The notes: generated by a model not told the origin, from the sequence alone. A stretch of DNA of 64,000 nt from Sphingosinicella sp. (GCF_041916975.1 NZ_JAYRYK010000001.1:1006270-1070269), one strand, 5' to 3'. Shown: positions 36,265 to 45,673, counted from the first letter of the stretch. Program-made: numbers and translations.

Positions 36265-37488
36265 ATGCTGGCCCGGTTCGACAGGTACATGGCGCGGCTG
36301 ATCGCGGTGCCGCTGTTCGCGACACTGATGATCGCGGCCATGCTGCTATTGCTGGAGAAGATGCTGAAATTGTTCGACTTCGTGGTGAACGAAGGCGGGC
36401 CCGCATCGGTCGTCTGGCGTATGCTCGGCAACCTTATTCCGCAGTATCTTGGGCTTGGAATCCCCGTTGGCCTTCTTCTTGGCATATTGCTCGCTTTCCG
36501 GAATCTGGCGCTTTCGAGCGAACTCGATGCGCTGCGCGCCGTGGGAATCAGCTACATGCGGATGCTGCGCGTACCCTACATGTATGCGCTGCTGCTCGGT
36601 CTCCTGACGCTGCTCATCGTCGGTTTCATCCAACCGATCAGCCGCTATGCCTATGAAGGCCTGGAGTTCGAGCTGCGCTCTGGCGCGCTCGGCGCCACCA
36701 TCGATGTGGGCGAGTTCGTGCAGGTGGCGCGCAATACCACGCTCCGCGTCGAGGAAAGCCGCAATCATGGCCGCGACCTGCGCGGCATCTTCGTCAGCGG
36801 CCAGAGCGCCGACGGCAAGACCGTTTCCGTCACCGCCGCGCGGGGTACGTTCCTCGCCACCGATGACCCGGACGTGATCCTGCTGCGGCTCACCGACGGC
36901 ACGCTCGTGCACGACGCGCCCGGCTACAAGCAGCCGCGCGTGCTCACCTTCCGTATGCACGACCTGCCGATCGACCTGCCGCAAATCGAGCTGTTCCGCA
37001 TTCGCGGCGCCGAAGCCGACGACAACGAGCTGACGCTGCCCGAGCTCTACCGTGTCGGCTATCTCGGCCAGGGCACCACGACCGAGGAGAACCGGCACGC
37101 CGTGCGCGCGAACCTGCACCGGCGGCTGGTGCAGGTGTTCGCGGTGATGGTGATCCCGCTGCTCGCGGTGGCGCTCGCGGTGCCGCCGAAGCGATCAACC
37201 TCTGCGGTCGGCGTGTTCGCCGCGCTCACCATCCTCATCGTCTACAACGAGATTTCAGAGGCCGCCGAGCGATCCGGCGCGGCAGGGAAAGCCGATATCG
37301 TGCTCAGCCAGTGGGGCAGTTTCATCGCGTTCAGCCTGCTCTGCGCGTGGTTCTTCCATGTGCTCGCGAACGTACCGGGCGGCCAGCCGATCGCGATGAT
37401 CGAACGTGGCGCGGGCATCGTCACCAAGTGGATCGTCAGCCTGTGGCGCCTGATCCGCCGCCGCTTCGGAAAAGCGCAGACCGCATGA
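36265..37488 (+). CDS. lptF: LPS-export ABC permease LptF homologue
   Basis: MLARFDRYMARL..., LPQYLGLGIPVGLLLGILLAF..L..SSELDALRAVGIS, large periplasmic insert, C-terminal TM bundle. Confidence 0.85.
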   Translation: MLARFDRYMARLIAVPLFATLMIAAMLLLLEKMLKLFDFVVNEGGPASVVWRMLGNLIPQYLGLGIPVGLLLGILLAFRNLALSSELDALRAVGISYMRMLRVPYMYALLLGLLTLLIVGFIQPISRYAYEGLEFELRSGALGATIDVGEFVQVARNTTLRVEESRNHGRDLRGIFVSGQSADGKTVSVTAARGTFLATDDPDVILLRLTDGTLVHDAPGYKQPRVLTFRMHDLPIDLPQIELFRIRGAEADDNELTLPELYRVGYLGQGTTTEENRHAVRANLHRRLVQVFAVMVIPLLAVALAVPPKRSTSAVGVFAALTILIVYNEISEAAERSGAAGKADIVLSQWGSFIAFSLLCAWFFHVLANVPGGQPIAMIERGAGIVTKWIVSLWRLIRRRFGKAQTA

Positions 37489-38588
37489 GCAGCGCGCTCT
37501 CGCTCTGGCCCTCGCCGACCATCGCGACCTACACGGCGCGCCTGTTCATGATGCGCACGCTTGCGTTCGCGATCGGCCTCGTCGCCATATTGCAGACGCT
37601 CGACCTGCTCACCGAATCGAACAAGATCCTGGCCATCGACGGCAACGGCAACGCCGAGCTGCTGCGCTACGTGCAGCTTCGCATTCCGCAGCTGATCTCG
37701 CAGTTTCTGCCCTTTTCCGTGCTGCTCGGCGCGCTGGTGACGATGGCGACGCTGAGCCAGAACAGCGAAGTGACGATCTTCCGCGCCGCCGGGCTTTCCG
37801 CGCACCAGATCCTCTACCCGATGATGGCCGCGGCGCTCGGCGTTTCGCTGTTTCACTTCGCGTTCAACGAGATGGTGCTGGTGCGGACGAATGCCGAACT
37901 CATCGCGTGGGAGAAGGCCGAATACCGGCGCGATGCGGAAATCGACACGAATCCGCTCACCGACGTGTGGGTGCGCGAGGGGCGCGAGATCATCCATGCC
38001 GACAGCGTGACCGGAAACGGCGCGGCGACGGTGCTGCACGGCGTGCGCGTCGACCGCCGCGACGGCAGCCGCCTGCGCCAGATCATCAACGCGCAAAGCG
38101 GTCGCCCGGACGGCAACGCCTGGCTGCTGAACGACGTCCGCATCTTCACGGTGCGCACCGGCGCGCTCTCCCGCGTACCGGAAATCCGGCTCGGCACGGG
38201 TATCGAGCCCGACCGCTTCACGATGCGCGCGCCCGATCCGGACCGGACGAACATCGCCGATCTCTGGAAGCAGACACGGCTTCTGGAATCGGTGGGGCGC
38301 GGCACGGATTCGCTGCGCGTCGCGCTCTATCACAAGGTTTCGCTGCCGCTTTCGGCCGTGCTGATGCCGTTGCTCGGCGCGGTGACGGCGTTCGGCCTTG
38401 CCCGATCGGGCAAGCTCTTCGCGCGCGCCGTCGTCGGCATGGCGCTCGGCTTTGCGTATTTCGTCGCCGACAATTTCATGGTGGCGATGGGCGAGTTCGG
38501 CTCCGTACCGCCGTGGGCGGCGGGCTGGGCGCCGTTCCTTCTGTTCTTCCTCGTCGGCGAAGCCGTGTTGTTCAGGACTGAAGAATGA
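37485..38588 (+). CDS. lptG: LPS-export ABC permease LptG homologue
   Basis: Start overlaps the lptF stop (ATGA). IATYTARLFMMRTL..., RIPQLISQFLPFSVLLGALVTM..LSQNSEVTIFRAAGLS. Confidence 0.85.
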   Translation: MSSALSLWPSPTIATYTARLFMMRTLAFAIGLVAILQTLDLLTESNKILAIDGNGNAELLRYVQLRIPQLISQFLPFSVLLGALVTMATLSQNSEVTIFRAAGLSAHQILYPMMAAALGVSLFHFAFNEMVLVRTNAELIAWEKAEYRRDAEIDTNPLTDVWVREGREIIHADSVTGNGAATVLHGVRVDRRDGSRLRQIINAQSGRPDGNAWLLNDVRIFTVRTGALSRVPEIRLGTGIEPDRFTMRAPDPDRTNIADLWKQTRLLESVGRGTDSLRVALYHKVSLPLSAVLMPLLGAVTAFGLARSGKLFARAVVGMALGFAYFVADNFMVAMGEFGSVPPWAAGWAPFLLFFLVGEAVLFRTEE

Positions 38589-40123
38589 CAGGCGTCGATG
38601 CTTCGGGGCCAAAGGGAATCAGCAAAAAAACAGTCGTGAAAAGTGCGGGCGTCGTGGCAATGGCCCGGCTCGGCGCACTGATCGAAGCGGTTGCGCAGCC
38701 GGCGTACATATGGATGTTCGGCCTCGCCACTTACGGCATCTACATGGCGCTGTGGGCGGCAGTGAACATGGTGTCGAACATCGCGGACCTTGCGATGACC
38801 AGCGCAATGCAGCGCGCCATTCCACAGGCCCGAAGCGAAGAACGTGCGCACAGCGCCCTCAAGACCGCGCTCGTACTCGGCATGGTGCCGAGCATCGTCA
38901 TCGCGCTCATCGTCAGCCTCTTCACGGCACCCGTCGCCGCGATGTTCAACGCCGCTCCGAAGGACAGGGCATCGCTTGAACTGGCTGTCGCCATATTTGC
39001 CTGGGCACTGCCGCTGTGGACCTTCGTCGAACTTGCAACCTCGGCGTCACGGGCGCGCAAGGCCTTCGGACCGGAAGTCCGCCTCAGAATCTTCTGGGAG
39101 CAGATCGTTCGCCTGCTGATGGCAGGTGTCGCATGGCTTGCAGGGTGGATGACGATGGGCCTGATCGTGGCCCATCTCGCGTCGCTCGCCATCACCGCCG
39201 CGCTCGGCTGGCGGCTGCTTAGCCGCTACTATGACGTGCGCCTGCTGATCCGCGCCCCGTTCGACGCGGAGGTCCTGCGCGATCTCCTCGGCACCGGGAT
39301 CGGCATTCTGCCGGCCAATATCGCGGCGCGTGCCTTTTCGGACTTACCTCCGCTCGCCCTCAACATGATGCTGCCGGGTGCGGCGGGTGCCAGTGCGGCG
39401 GGTCTCTTCGGTATCGCACGGAAGATCGCGTCGATCCCGCTCATCGTGCGACACAGCCTGCACTACGTCATTCAGCCGCTGGCCGCCGAACAGGCGATGC
39501 ACGACAAGCAGCGGATCAACCCCGTCTACGGCTTCGCCTCGCGCCTTTCGATGATTCTGCTGCTGCCGATGTCTCTCCTTCTGGCGCTTCTGGCGGAGCC
39601 GATCCTGCTGCTTTTCCCGCGCGAGGCGGCTGCCGCAGCGCCTCTCGTGGTGGTGCTGACGCTTGCGCGCGGCATCAATTCGATTGCGGGGCCGGCAAAC
39701 GGTATCCTGCAAATGATCCGGCCCCGATACCTGCCTACGGCGAACGCTGCACTCGGCATTGCAGTGTGGGTTCTCGTCACGTGGCGGCTTCCCACCGACA
39801 ATGTCGCACTTGCCATGGCCTGGGGGGTGGCTTGCGGCGTCTTCGTGATGGAGTGGCTGGCGCTCGCCGAGCTTTGGCACACCGACCGCATCCATCCGTT
39901 CGGAACCCCGTTCGGGCGTGGTCTCGCGATCCTCGGGGGTGCTTCCCTGCTCATCTGGGCGGCGCTGGGCAGCCACAGGCCTTTCCCCTTGTGGCTCGAC
40001 ATCGCCTTGCCTATCGCTTCGGCAGTGCTTTTGGTCTGGCTAGGCCTCCGCTTCGCTCTCACGGCGCGGGAGCGGCAAAGCCTTGGCCCGATCGGGAAGC
40101 GACTGGGGTTATCGGGGGCCTAG
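38585..40123 (+). CDS. MOP-superfamily (Wzx/PST-type) polysaccharide/lipid-linked glycan flippase
   Basis: 512 aa with ~12-14 TM helices. N-terminal pattern AMARLGALIEAV.QP.Y..MFG...YG.Y. Start overlaps the lptG stop (ATGA). Confidence 0.7.
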   Translation: MTGVDASGPKGISKKTVVKSAGVVAMARLGALIEAVAQPAYIWMFGLATYGIYMALWAAVNMVSNIADLAMTSAMQRAIPQARSEERAHSALKTALVLGMVPSIVIALIVSLFTAPVAAMFNAAPKDRASLELAVAIFAWALPLWTFVELATSASRARKAFGPEVRLRIFWEQIVRLLMAGVAWLAGWMTMGLIVAHLASLAITAALGWRLLSRYYDVRLLIRAPFDAEVLRDLLGTGIGILPANIAARAFSDLPPLALNMMLPGAAGASAAGLFGIARKIASIPLIVRHSLHYVIQPLAAEQAMHDKQRINPVYGFASRLSMILLLPMSLLLALLAEPILLLFPREAAAAAPLVVVLTLARGINSIAGPANGILQMIRPRYLPTANAALGIAVWVLVTWRLPTDNVALAMAWGVACGVFVMEWLALAELWHTDRIHPFGTPFGRGLAILGGASLLIWAALGSHRPFPLWLDIALPIASAVLLVWLGLRFALTARERQSLGPIGKRLGLSGA

Positions 40124-40135
40124 ACAGAATATCGC

Positions 40136-41257
40136 ATGAGCCGCAAACGTGTCGCGTTCCTGTTCGTCGGCGGCGCCCATCAGGTGCTCCACAGCGCATC
40201 CGTCGCAGCGGAACTGGGGTGCAACCCGCGCTTCGACGTGACCTGCTTCGTTGCCCAAGCCGATGAACGAGAGATGCTGCAACAGGTCGCGCGGGCGTGG
40301 CCGGAGTCCAGTCTTACCATCGCCGATCTCTCCGTGCCTTTGTGGTCCTCGCTCATCGGACGGCTGTGGCCGAAGTTCCGCGCCCTGAAACTTCCGCGCC
40401 TGTTGGCGAACCGGAAGCGCTTTTCCACCTTCGACGCCCTCGTCCTCACCGAGCGGACCTCGACGATCCTGAAGATGCTGCCCGGCTGCCCTCCGCTGAT
40501 CCACATCCCGCACGGCGCCGGAGACCGGGCGCGCGGTTTCGAACCGAGGCTGCGGCGGTTCGACCTCGTAATCGTCTCCGGCGAAAAGGACGCGCACCGG
40601 ATGACGTCGGAAGGGCTTGTCGAGACGTCGCGTATAGCGGTTTCCGGGTCGACGAAGCTCGATGCGCTCGATCGGCTCAGCGTGGGTCGCCCCCGCCTGT
40701 TCGGCAATGACAGGCCCGTGGTGCTCTACAATCCCCATTTCGAAGCCGCCCTCAGCTCATGGCCGCGCTGGGGCAAGCAGATCATCGACGCCTTCGCGGC
40801 GCAATCGGATTTCAACCTGATTGTCGCGCCGCATATCCGCCTCTTCGAAGGCGCCTCTGCGGCCCAGCGTGAAGCCTTCGAGGCGTGTGCCGTACAGGAT
40901 CGTATCATCGTCGATGCCGGTTCGGTCCGCTCGTGCGACATGACTTACACCAACGCCGCCGACATCTACCTCGGCGATGTCAGCAGCCAGGTTTACGAGT
41001 TCCTCGCCCGTCCGCGACCTTGCGTGTTCCTCGACAGCACAGGGGCGGACTGGAAGGACAACCCGAACTATGCCTTCTGGCATTTCGGCGAGGTTATAAC
41101 GGACGTATCCGAGGTTCTGCCCGCCACCCACCGCGCACCTGCCGCGCATCCGGCCTTCCTCGAAACGCAGGAGGCGGCGGTCTCCGCCGCCGTCGGCGGA
41201 GAGTGGCGCGGCGCATCGCAAAGGGCGGCGGCAGCGATCGCGAACTTTCTCGGGTAA
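40136..41257 (+). CDS. TagB/TagF-like (CDP-glycerol glycerophosphotransferase family) transferase
   Basis: 373 aa. LIHIPHGAGDR...., VVLYNPHF, NLIVAPH and ADIYLGDVSSQVYEFL..PRPCVFL follow the HG / YaPTfR / kxHp / DySS..fDf layout of the family. Confidence 0.55.
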   Translation: MSRKRVAFLFVGGAHQVLHSASVAAELGCNPRFDVTCFVAQADEREMLQQVARAWPESSLTIADLSVPLWSSLIGRLWPKFRALKLPRLLANRKRFSTFDALVLTERTSTILKMLPGCPPLIHIPHGAGDRARGFEPRLRRFDLVIVSGEKDAHRMTSEGLVETSRIAVSGSTKLDALDRLSVGRPRLFGNDRPVVLYNPHFEAALSSWPRWGKQIIDAFAAQSDFNLIVAPHIRLFEGASAAQREAFEACAVQDRIIVDAGSVRSCDMTYTNAADIYLGDVSSQVYEFLARPRPCVFLDSTGADWKDNPNYAFWHFGEVITDVSEVLPATHRAPAAHPAFLETQEAAVSAAVGGEWRGASQRAAAAIANFLG

Positions 41258-41369
41258 GTCGGTCGCGGCGCGCTGGCAACGATCACAATACTGTCCTAAA
41301 TATGCCGCATTGCCGCGAAATAGAGGCATCCTGGATGCGGCTGGACCGCACGATTTGCAGGATCAGAAT

Positions 41370-42143
41370 ATGCAGCTTCTGAAGGGCTATCGGCTTGGGA
41401 TGTGGAGCAAGAGCCACAACCTGTCGAAGATGACGTTCCGCGAACTCGTCGTCGCCTATTTCCAGTATTACGCGATTCAGGCGTATCTGCTGCTGACGGT
41501 GGCATCGCTCTATGTGGCGTGGGCCCACCCGACGACGCTTCTGCGCGGCGCGGCGGCAGCGGCGATTGCCATCGCGGCCTATCCGCTGGCGTGGTTCCTG
41601 CTGCACCGCTACGTGCTCCACAGCCGCTGGATGTTCAAATCGCCGCTGACGGCGCGGACTTGGAAGCGCATCCACTACGATCACCACCAGGATCCGAACC
41701 ACCTCGAGGTGCTGTTCGGCGCGCTCTACACGACGCTGCCAACCATCGCGATCGTCACCATCCCCGTCGGTTACGCGATCGGCGGCATCGGCGGCGCGGC
41801 GTGGGGTTTCGGCGCGGGACTGCTCACCACCTGCTTCTATGAGTTCTGCCACTGCATCCAGCATCTCTCCTACAAGCCGCGCTCGCCGTGGCTCGTGGAA
41901 ATGAAGACGCGCCACATGGAACACCACTTCCATGATGAAGACGGCAACTTCGGCATCACCAACTTCGTGTGGGACAAGCTGTTCGGCACCTACTACCAGC
42001 GCGGCGAGCGCCCGGAGAAGAGCGAGACGGTGTTCAACCTCGGCTACACGACCGAGGCTGCCGAGAAATGGCCATGGGTCGCGAAAATGTCCGGCGGCGT
42101 CGCCGAAGGGCATCCGCGCCAGCGCATGAAAAAAGCGGCCTAA
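41370..42143 (+). CDS. Fatty-acid hydroxylase / sterol-desaturase-family di-iron membrane enzyme
   Basis: Histidine boxes HRYVLH, HYDHHQDPNH, HCIQH and HMEHHFH. AGGA lies 7 nt upstream of ATG 41370. An alternative TTG 41310 is possible. Confidence 0.8.
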   Translation: MQLLKGYRLGMWSKSHNLSKMTFRELVVAYFQYYAIQAYLLLTVASLYVAWAHPTTLLRGAAAAAIAIAAYPLAWFLLHRYVLHSRWMFKSPLTARTWKRIHYDHHQDPNHLEVLFGALYTTLPTIAIVTIPVGYAIGGIGGAAWGFGAGLLTTCFYEFCHCIQHLSYKPRSPWLVEMKTRHMEHHFHDEDGNFGITNFVWDKLFGTYYQRGERPEKSETVFNLGYTTEAAEKWPWVAKMSGGVAEGHPRQRMKKAA

Positions 42144-42151
42144 TTCTCGAC

Positions 42152-43297
42152 ATGGGGGGCAGCATCGACATCCGGCCGGTCGTGAGCACGGCCGACCGCA
42201 AGACGTTCATCGACCTGCTGTGGACACTCTACGCGAACGACCCCAACTGGGTGCCGCCGCTGAAATCAGAAGTTGCCGGGCTTATCGGCGGTGCAAAGAG
42301 CAATCCGTGGTTCGAGCACGCCGAAGCCGCGTTCTGGCTCGCCTACAAGGACGGTAAGCCGGTCGGGCGCATATCCGCGCAGGTCGACCAGCTCGTTCTC
42401 CAGCACATGGGCGCGGGCACCGGGCAATTCGGCATGTTCGAGTGCATCGACGATGCCGATGTCGCGAACGCGCTTCTGGACACGGCGGAAGCCTGGCTGA
42501 AAGCAAAGGGCATGACACGGTCGCTTGGACCGATCAGCCTGTCGATCTGGGACGAGCCCGGCCTCCTCGTCAGTGGCTTCGAACTGCCACCAACAGTGAT
42601 GATGGGGCACCACCTGCCCTATTACGAAGCGCTGATCGAAGGCCGCGGCTACGCCGGCGTGAAGGATCTGCACACCTACGAACTGCCGATCGCGACCGGC
42701 TTCCCGCCTGCGTTCAATCGGATCGTTGCAGCCGCCGAGAAATCCAGCCGCATCCGTATGCGCAATGTCGACAAGTCGCGTTTCGATGCCGAGGCCGCGC
42801 TGATTCTCGACATCCTGAACGATGCCTGGTCCGACAACTGGGGCTTCATCCCGCTTACCCCTTCGGAAGTGGCGTATGTCGGCAAGAAGCTGAAGCCGAT
42901 CGTCTTCGAAGACCTGATTCGCATCTGCGAGGTGGACGGCGAACCGGTGGCCTTCATGATCACGCTACCGGACGTCAACGAGATGACCGCCGATCTCGAC
43001 GGCAAGCTGCTACCGTTCGGCTGGGCGAAGCTGCTGTGGCGTCTGCGCGCGCCGAAGGTGCGCCGGATGCGCGTGCCGCTGATGGGCGTGCGCAAATCGA
43101 TGCAGGGCAGCCGCCTCGCCAGCTTCATGGCGCTGATGATGGTGGAGCACATCCGCCGCGCCGCCGTGAGCGTCTACGGCGCGACGCAGGGCGAACTGGG
43201 CTGGGTGCTGGACGACAACGGCCCGATGAAATCGATCGCCGAGATCATCGAATCGAAGATCACCAAGACGTACCGGGTCTACGAAAAGGCTCTCTAA
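42152..43297 (+). CDS. GNAT-like acyltransferase of the bacterial ceramide synthase (bCerS) type
   Basis: 381 aa. N-terminal IRPVVSTADRKTFIDLLWTLYANDPNWVPPL, central GFIPLTPSEV. This type of protein is often mis-annotated as dATP pyrophosphohydrolase in sphingolipid loci. Confidence 0.6.
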   Translation: MGGSIDIRPVVSTADRKTFIDLLWTLYANDPNWVPPLKSEVAGLIGGAKSNPWFEHAEAAFWLAYKDGKPVGRISAQVDQLVLQHMGAGTGQFGMFECIDDADVANALLDTAEAWLKAKGMTRSLGPISLSIWDEPGLLVSGFELPPTVMMGHHLPYYEALIEGRGYAGVKDLHTYELPIATGFPPAFNRIVAAAEKSSRIRMRNVDKSRFDAEAALILDILNDAWSDNWGFIPLTPSEVAYVGKKLKPIVFEDLIRICEVDGEPVAFMITLPDVNEMTADLDGKLLPFGWAKLLWRLRAPKVRRMRVPLMGVRKSMQGSRLASFMALMMVEHIRRAAVSVYGATQGELGWVLDDNGPMKSIAEIIESKITKTYRVYEKAL

Positions 43298-44064
43298 GCG
43301 ATCTCAATCCAGACCGGGGCGTGATCGGAAGCCTTCTCGGCGCCGCGCGCATCGCGGTCCACGGTCGCGTTCGACAGCCGGTCCGCGACGCGCGGGCAGA
43401 GCAGGAAGTGGTCGATCCTGAGCCCCGCGTTTCGCGGCCAGCAACCCGCCTGATAGTCCCAGAACGTATAGAGATGATCGTCCGCCGGATGCACGGCGCG
43501 CAGCGCCTCCGTCCAGCCCTGATGCACGATCCGGCGTAGCGCGGCGCGGGATTCCGGCTGCACGAGCGCGTCGTTCGCCATCACCTGCATACTGAACACG
43601 TCGCGGTCTTCTGGCGCCACATTGTAGTCCCCGGCAAGCACGGTGGGCGTTTCGGATGCAAGCAGAAACGCCGCGCGCGCTTCGAGCCGTTTCATCCACG
43701 CGAGCTTGTAATCGAACTTCGGCCCCGGCTGCGGATTGCCGTTCGGCAGATAGATGGACGCGATGCGAACACCGTTCACATCGGCTTCGAGGTAGCGCGC
43801 CTGCTCATCCGCTTCGTCACCGGGAAGCCCGCGCTGCACTTCCGTCGCCGGTTCGCGGCTGAGGATGGCGACACCGTTGAAGCTTTTCTGGCCGTGGACG
43901 AGGACGTGATAGCCGAGCGCCTCGATGTCCGCGGCCGGGAAGCGCTCGTCGACGCACTTCACCTCCTGCAGGCAGGCGACGTCCGGCTTTCGGCTTTCGA
44001 GCCATTCGAGAAGGCGCGGCAGGCGCGCGGCGATTCCGTTGACGTTGAAGGTGGCGATGCGCAT
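43294..44064 (-). CDS. xthA: Exodeoxyribonuclease III
   Basis: MRIATFNVNGI...PDVACLQE, GQKSFNGVAILS, GDYNV, SDHAPV. Confidence 0.95.
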   Translation of the reverse strand: MRIATFNVNGIAARLPRLLEWLESRKPDVACLQEVKCVDERFPAADIEALGYHVLVHGQKSFNGVAILSREPATEVQRGLPGDEADEQARYLEADVNGVRIASIYLPNGNPQPGPKFDYKLAWMKRLEARAAFLLASETPTVLAGDYNVAPEDRDVFSMQVMANDALVQPESRAALRRIVHQGWTEALRAVHPADDHLYTFWDYQAGCWPRNAGLRIDHFLLCPRVADRLSNATVDRDARGAEKASDHAPVWIEIA

Positions 44065-44095
44065 GGCGCAGGGCTAACGCGCTGCGGACGTGCGG

Positions 44096-44425
44096 TCAAA
44101 CCGAGAAGGACGTGCCGCAGCCGCAGCCCGACGCTGCGTTCGGGTTGCGCACCTGAAAGGACGCGCCGCCGAGGCTTTCGACGAAATCGACTTCCGAGCC
44201 TTCCAGAAGATCGAGGCTGACCGGATCGACAACGAGCTTCACGCCCGAAGTTTCGGTGGTGAGGTCATCCGCCGCGATCGCGGTTTCGAGGCCGAAGCGA
44301 TACTGGAACCCCGCGCAGCCGCCGCCTTCCACGGAAAGCCGCAGGATCGCGGGCACGCCGCCCTGCCGGGTGGCGATGGCGGCAACGCGCGCCGCGGCGG
44401 CTTCGGTGAGATGAAGTGCGCTCAT
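44096..44425 (-). CDS. erpA: Iron-sulfur cluster insertion protein (HesB/IscA/ErpA family)
   Basis: LRLSVEGGGCAGFQY and the C-terminal CGCGTSF cysteine motif. Confidence 0.9.
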   Translation of the reverse strand: MSALHLTEAAAARVAAIATRQGGVPAILRLSVEGGGCAGFQYRFGLETAIAADDLTTETSGVKLVVDPVSLDLLEGSEVDFVESLGGASFQVRNPNAASGCGCGTSFSV

Positions 44426-44488
44426 GCAGCAGAGATAGGGGTTTGCGGTGAGCGGTTCAATGACGCGCACCGCAGATGTCAGGAACGA

Positions 44489-45673
44489 TCAGTTTCCGGT
44501 CGGCTCCACAGGACCGCCGACCGCGATCGTACCGGCGCTCTGCTGCGCGGCGAGCACGCGGTCGCCGGCTTCGAGGAACGGCATCGGGTTCACCTGGCGG
44601 CCATCGATCAGCACCTCGTAGTGGAGGTGGCTGCCCGTGGAACGACCCGTGGAGCCCATGCCGCCAATCTGCTCGCCGCGGGCGATGCGATCGCCCTTCT
44701 TCACGTCGATGCGCGACATGTGGCCATAGCGCGTGACGATGCCGGCGCCGTGGTCGATCTCGACATATTTGCCGTAACCACCCGGATGATAGCGCGCGTC
44801 GACAACAACGCCGTCCGCCGCCGCATGGATCGGCTCGCCGACCGGGCCTGCGAGATCGACGCCCTTGTGCATCGCGGTGTCGCCCGTGAACGGGTCGTAA
44901 CGAACGCCGTAGCCCGAGGTGTAGGTGTAGGCCTTCACCGGCTTCAGCGAGGGAATCGCGCTCATGCCCTTTTCGAGCAGATCAAGCTTCTGCCAGCTGA
45001 CGAACAACGCCTTGAACTGCGGCTCGGCGCCCGCGAGCGGCGAATCCGCCTTCTCTTCAGGGCCTCCCATGCCGAACGTCGACTGTTTTAGAAAACGCGC
45101 AGGCTGAAGGCCGAGACGGCGAATGAGCGCGCTCGATTTCTCGAAGCGGGCCTCGGCAGCCGTGCGGGCGTGATCAGCAAGCGCAAGCTGTGCGCGGTCA
45201 AGCTCGGCGAGCGGCTTCAGGACCGCGGACGCACCCGCAGCGGCAGGCGCCGCAAGCGCGGGCATCAACGCCCCGAGCTGCGACGGGTCCGCTTTGCCGG
45301 AAACGAGCTGGGCAAGGAATTGCTGGCGCTGTTCGACGCGCGCCGTCGTCTTGGCGACACCCTGGCGCAGCGCGGCGAGTTCGGCGCGCATCGCGGTGAC
45401 TTCATTCTCCGCCGACGCTTCGACCGTGCTGCTGCCGATCATCGCGCTCGTCGCCACCGCCGTGTAGGTGAGCAGCGCGGCAAGGCCGGTGAGGCCGATG
45501 ACCTGCGCACGCGTCGTCAGGCGGTAGACCTGCATACCGACATCGCGCTTGTAATGAAGGAATTCGCGCTCGGGCAGCCGCTTTGCGACCTTGTCCCGGA
45601 GCCCGGATGCGACCGTGTTTATATCCAGCACCAAATAAGACCCCCGCACTGCGCAAACGCGATATTCGCGCAA
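44489..45673 (-). CDS. M23-family metallopeptidase with a coiled-coil N-domain
   Basis: HKGVDLAGPVGEPI.AA.DG.V, GGYGKYVEIDHG, TGRSTGSHLHYEV. The exact start is uncertain. Confidence 0.85.
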   Translation of the reverse strand: MREYRVCAVRGSYLVLDINTVASGLRDKVAKRLPEREFLHYKRDVGMQVYRLTTRAQVIGLTGLAALLTYTAVATSAMIGSSTVEASAENEVTAMRAELAALRQGVAKTTARVEQRQQFLAQLVSGKADPSQLGALMPALAAPAAAGASAVLKPLAELDRAQLALADHARTAAEARFEKSSALIRRLGLQPARFLKQSTFGMGGPEEKADSPLAGAEPQFKALFVSWQKLDLLEKGMSAIPSLKPVKAYTYTSGYGVRYDPFTGDTAMHKGVDLAGPVGEPIHAAADGVVVDARYHPGGYGKYVEIDHGAGIVTRYGHMSRIDVKKGDRIARGEQIGGMGSTGRSTGSHLHYEVLIDGRQVNPMPFLEAGDRVLAAQQSAGTIAVGGPVEPTGN

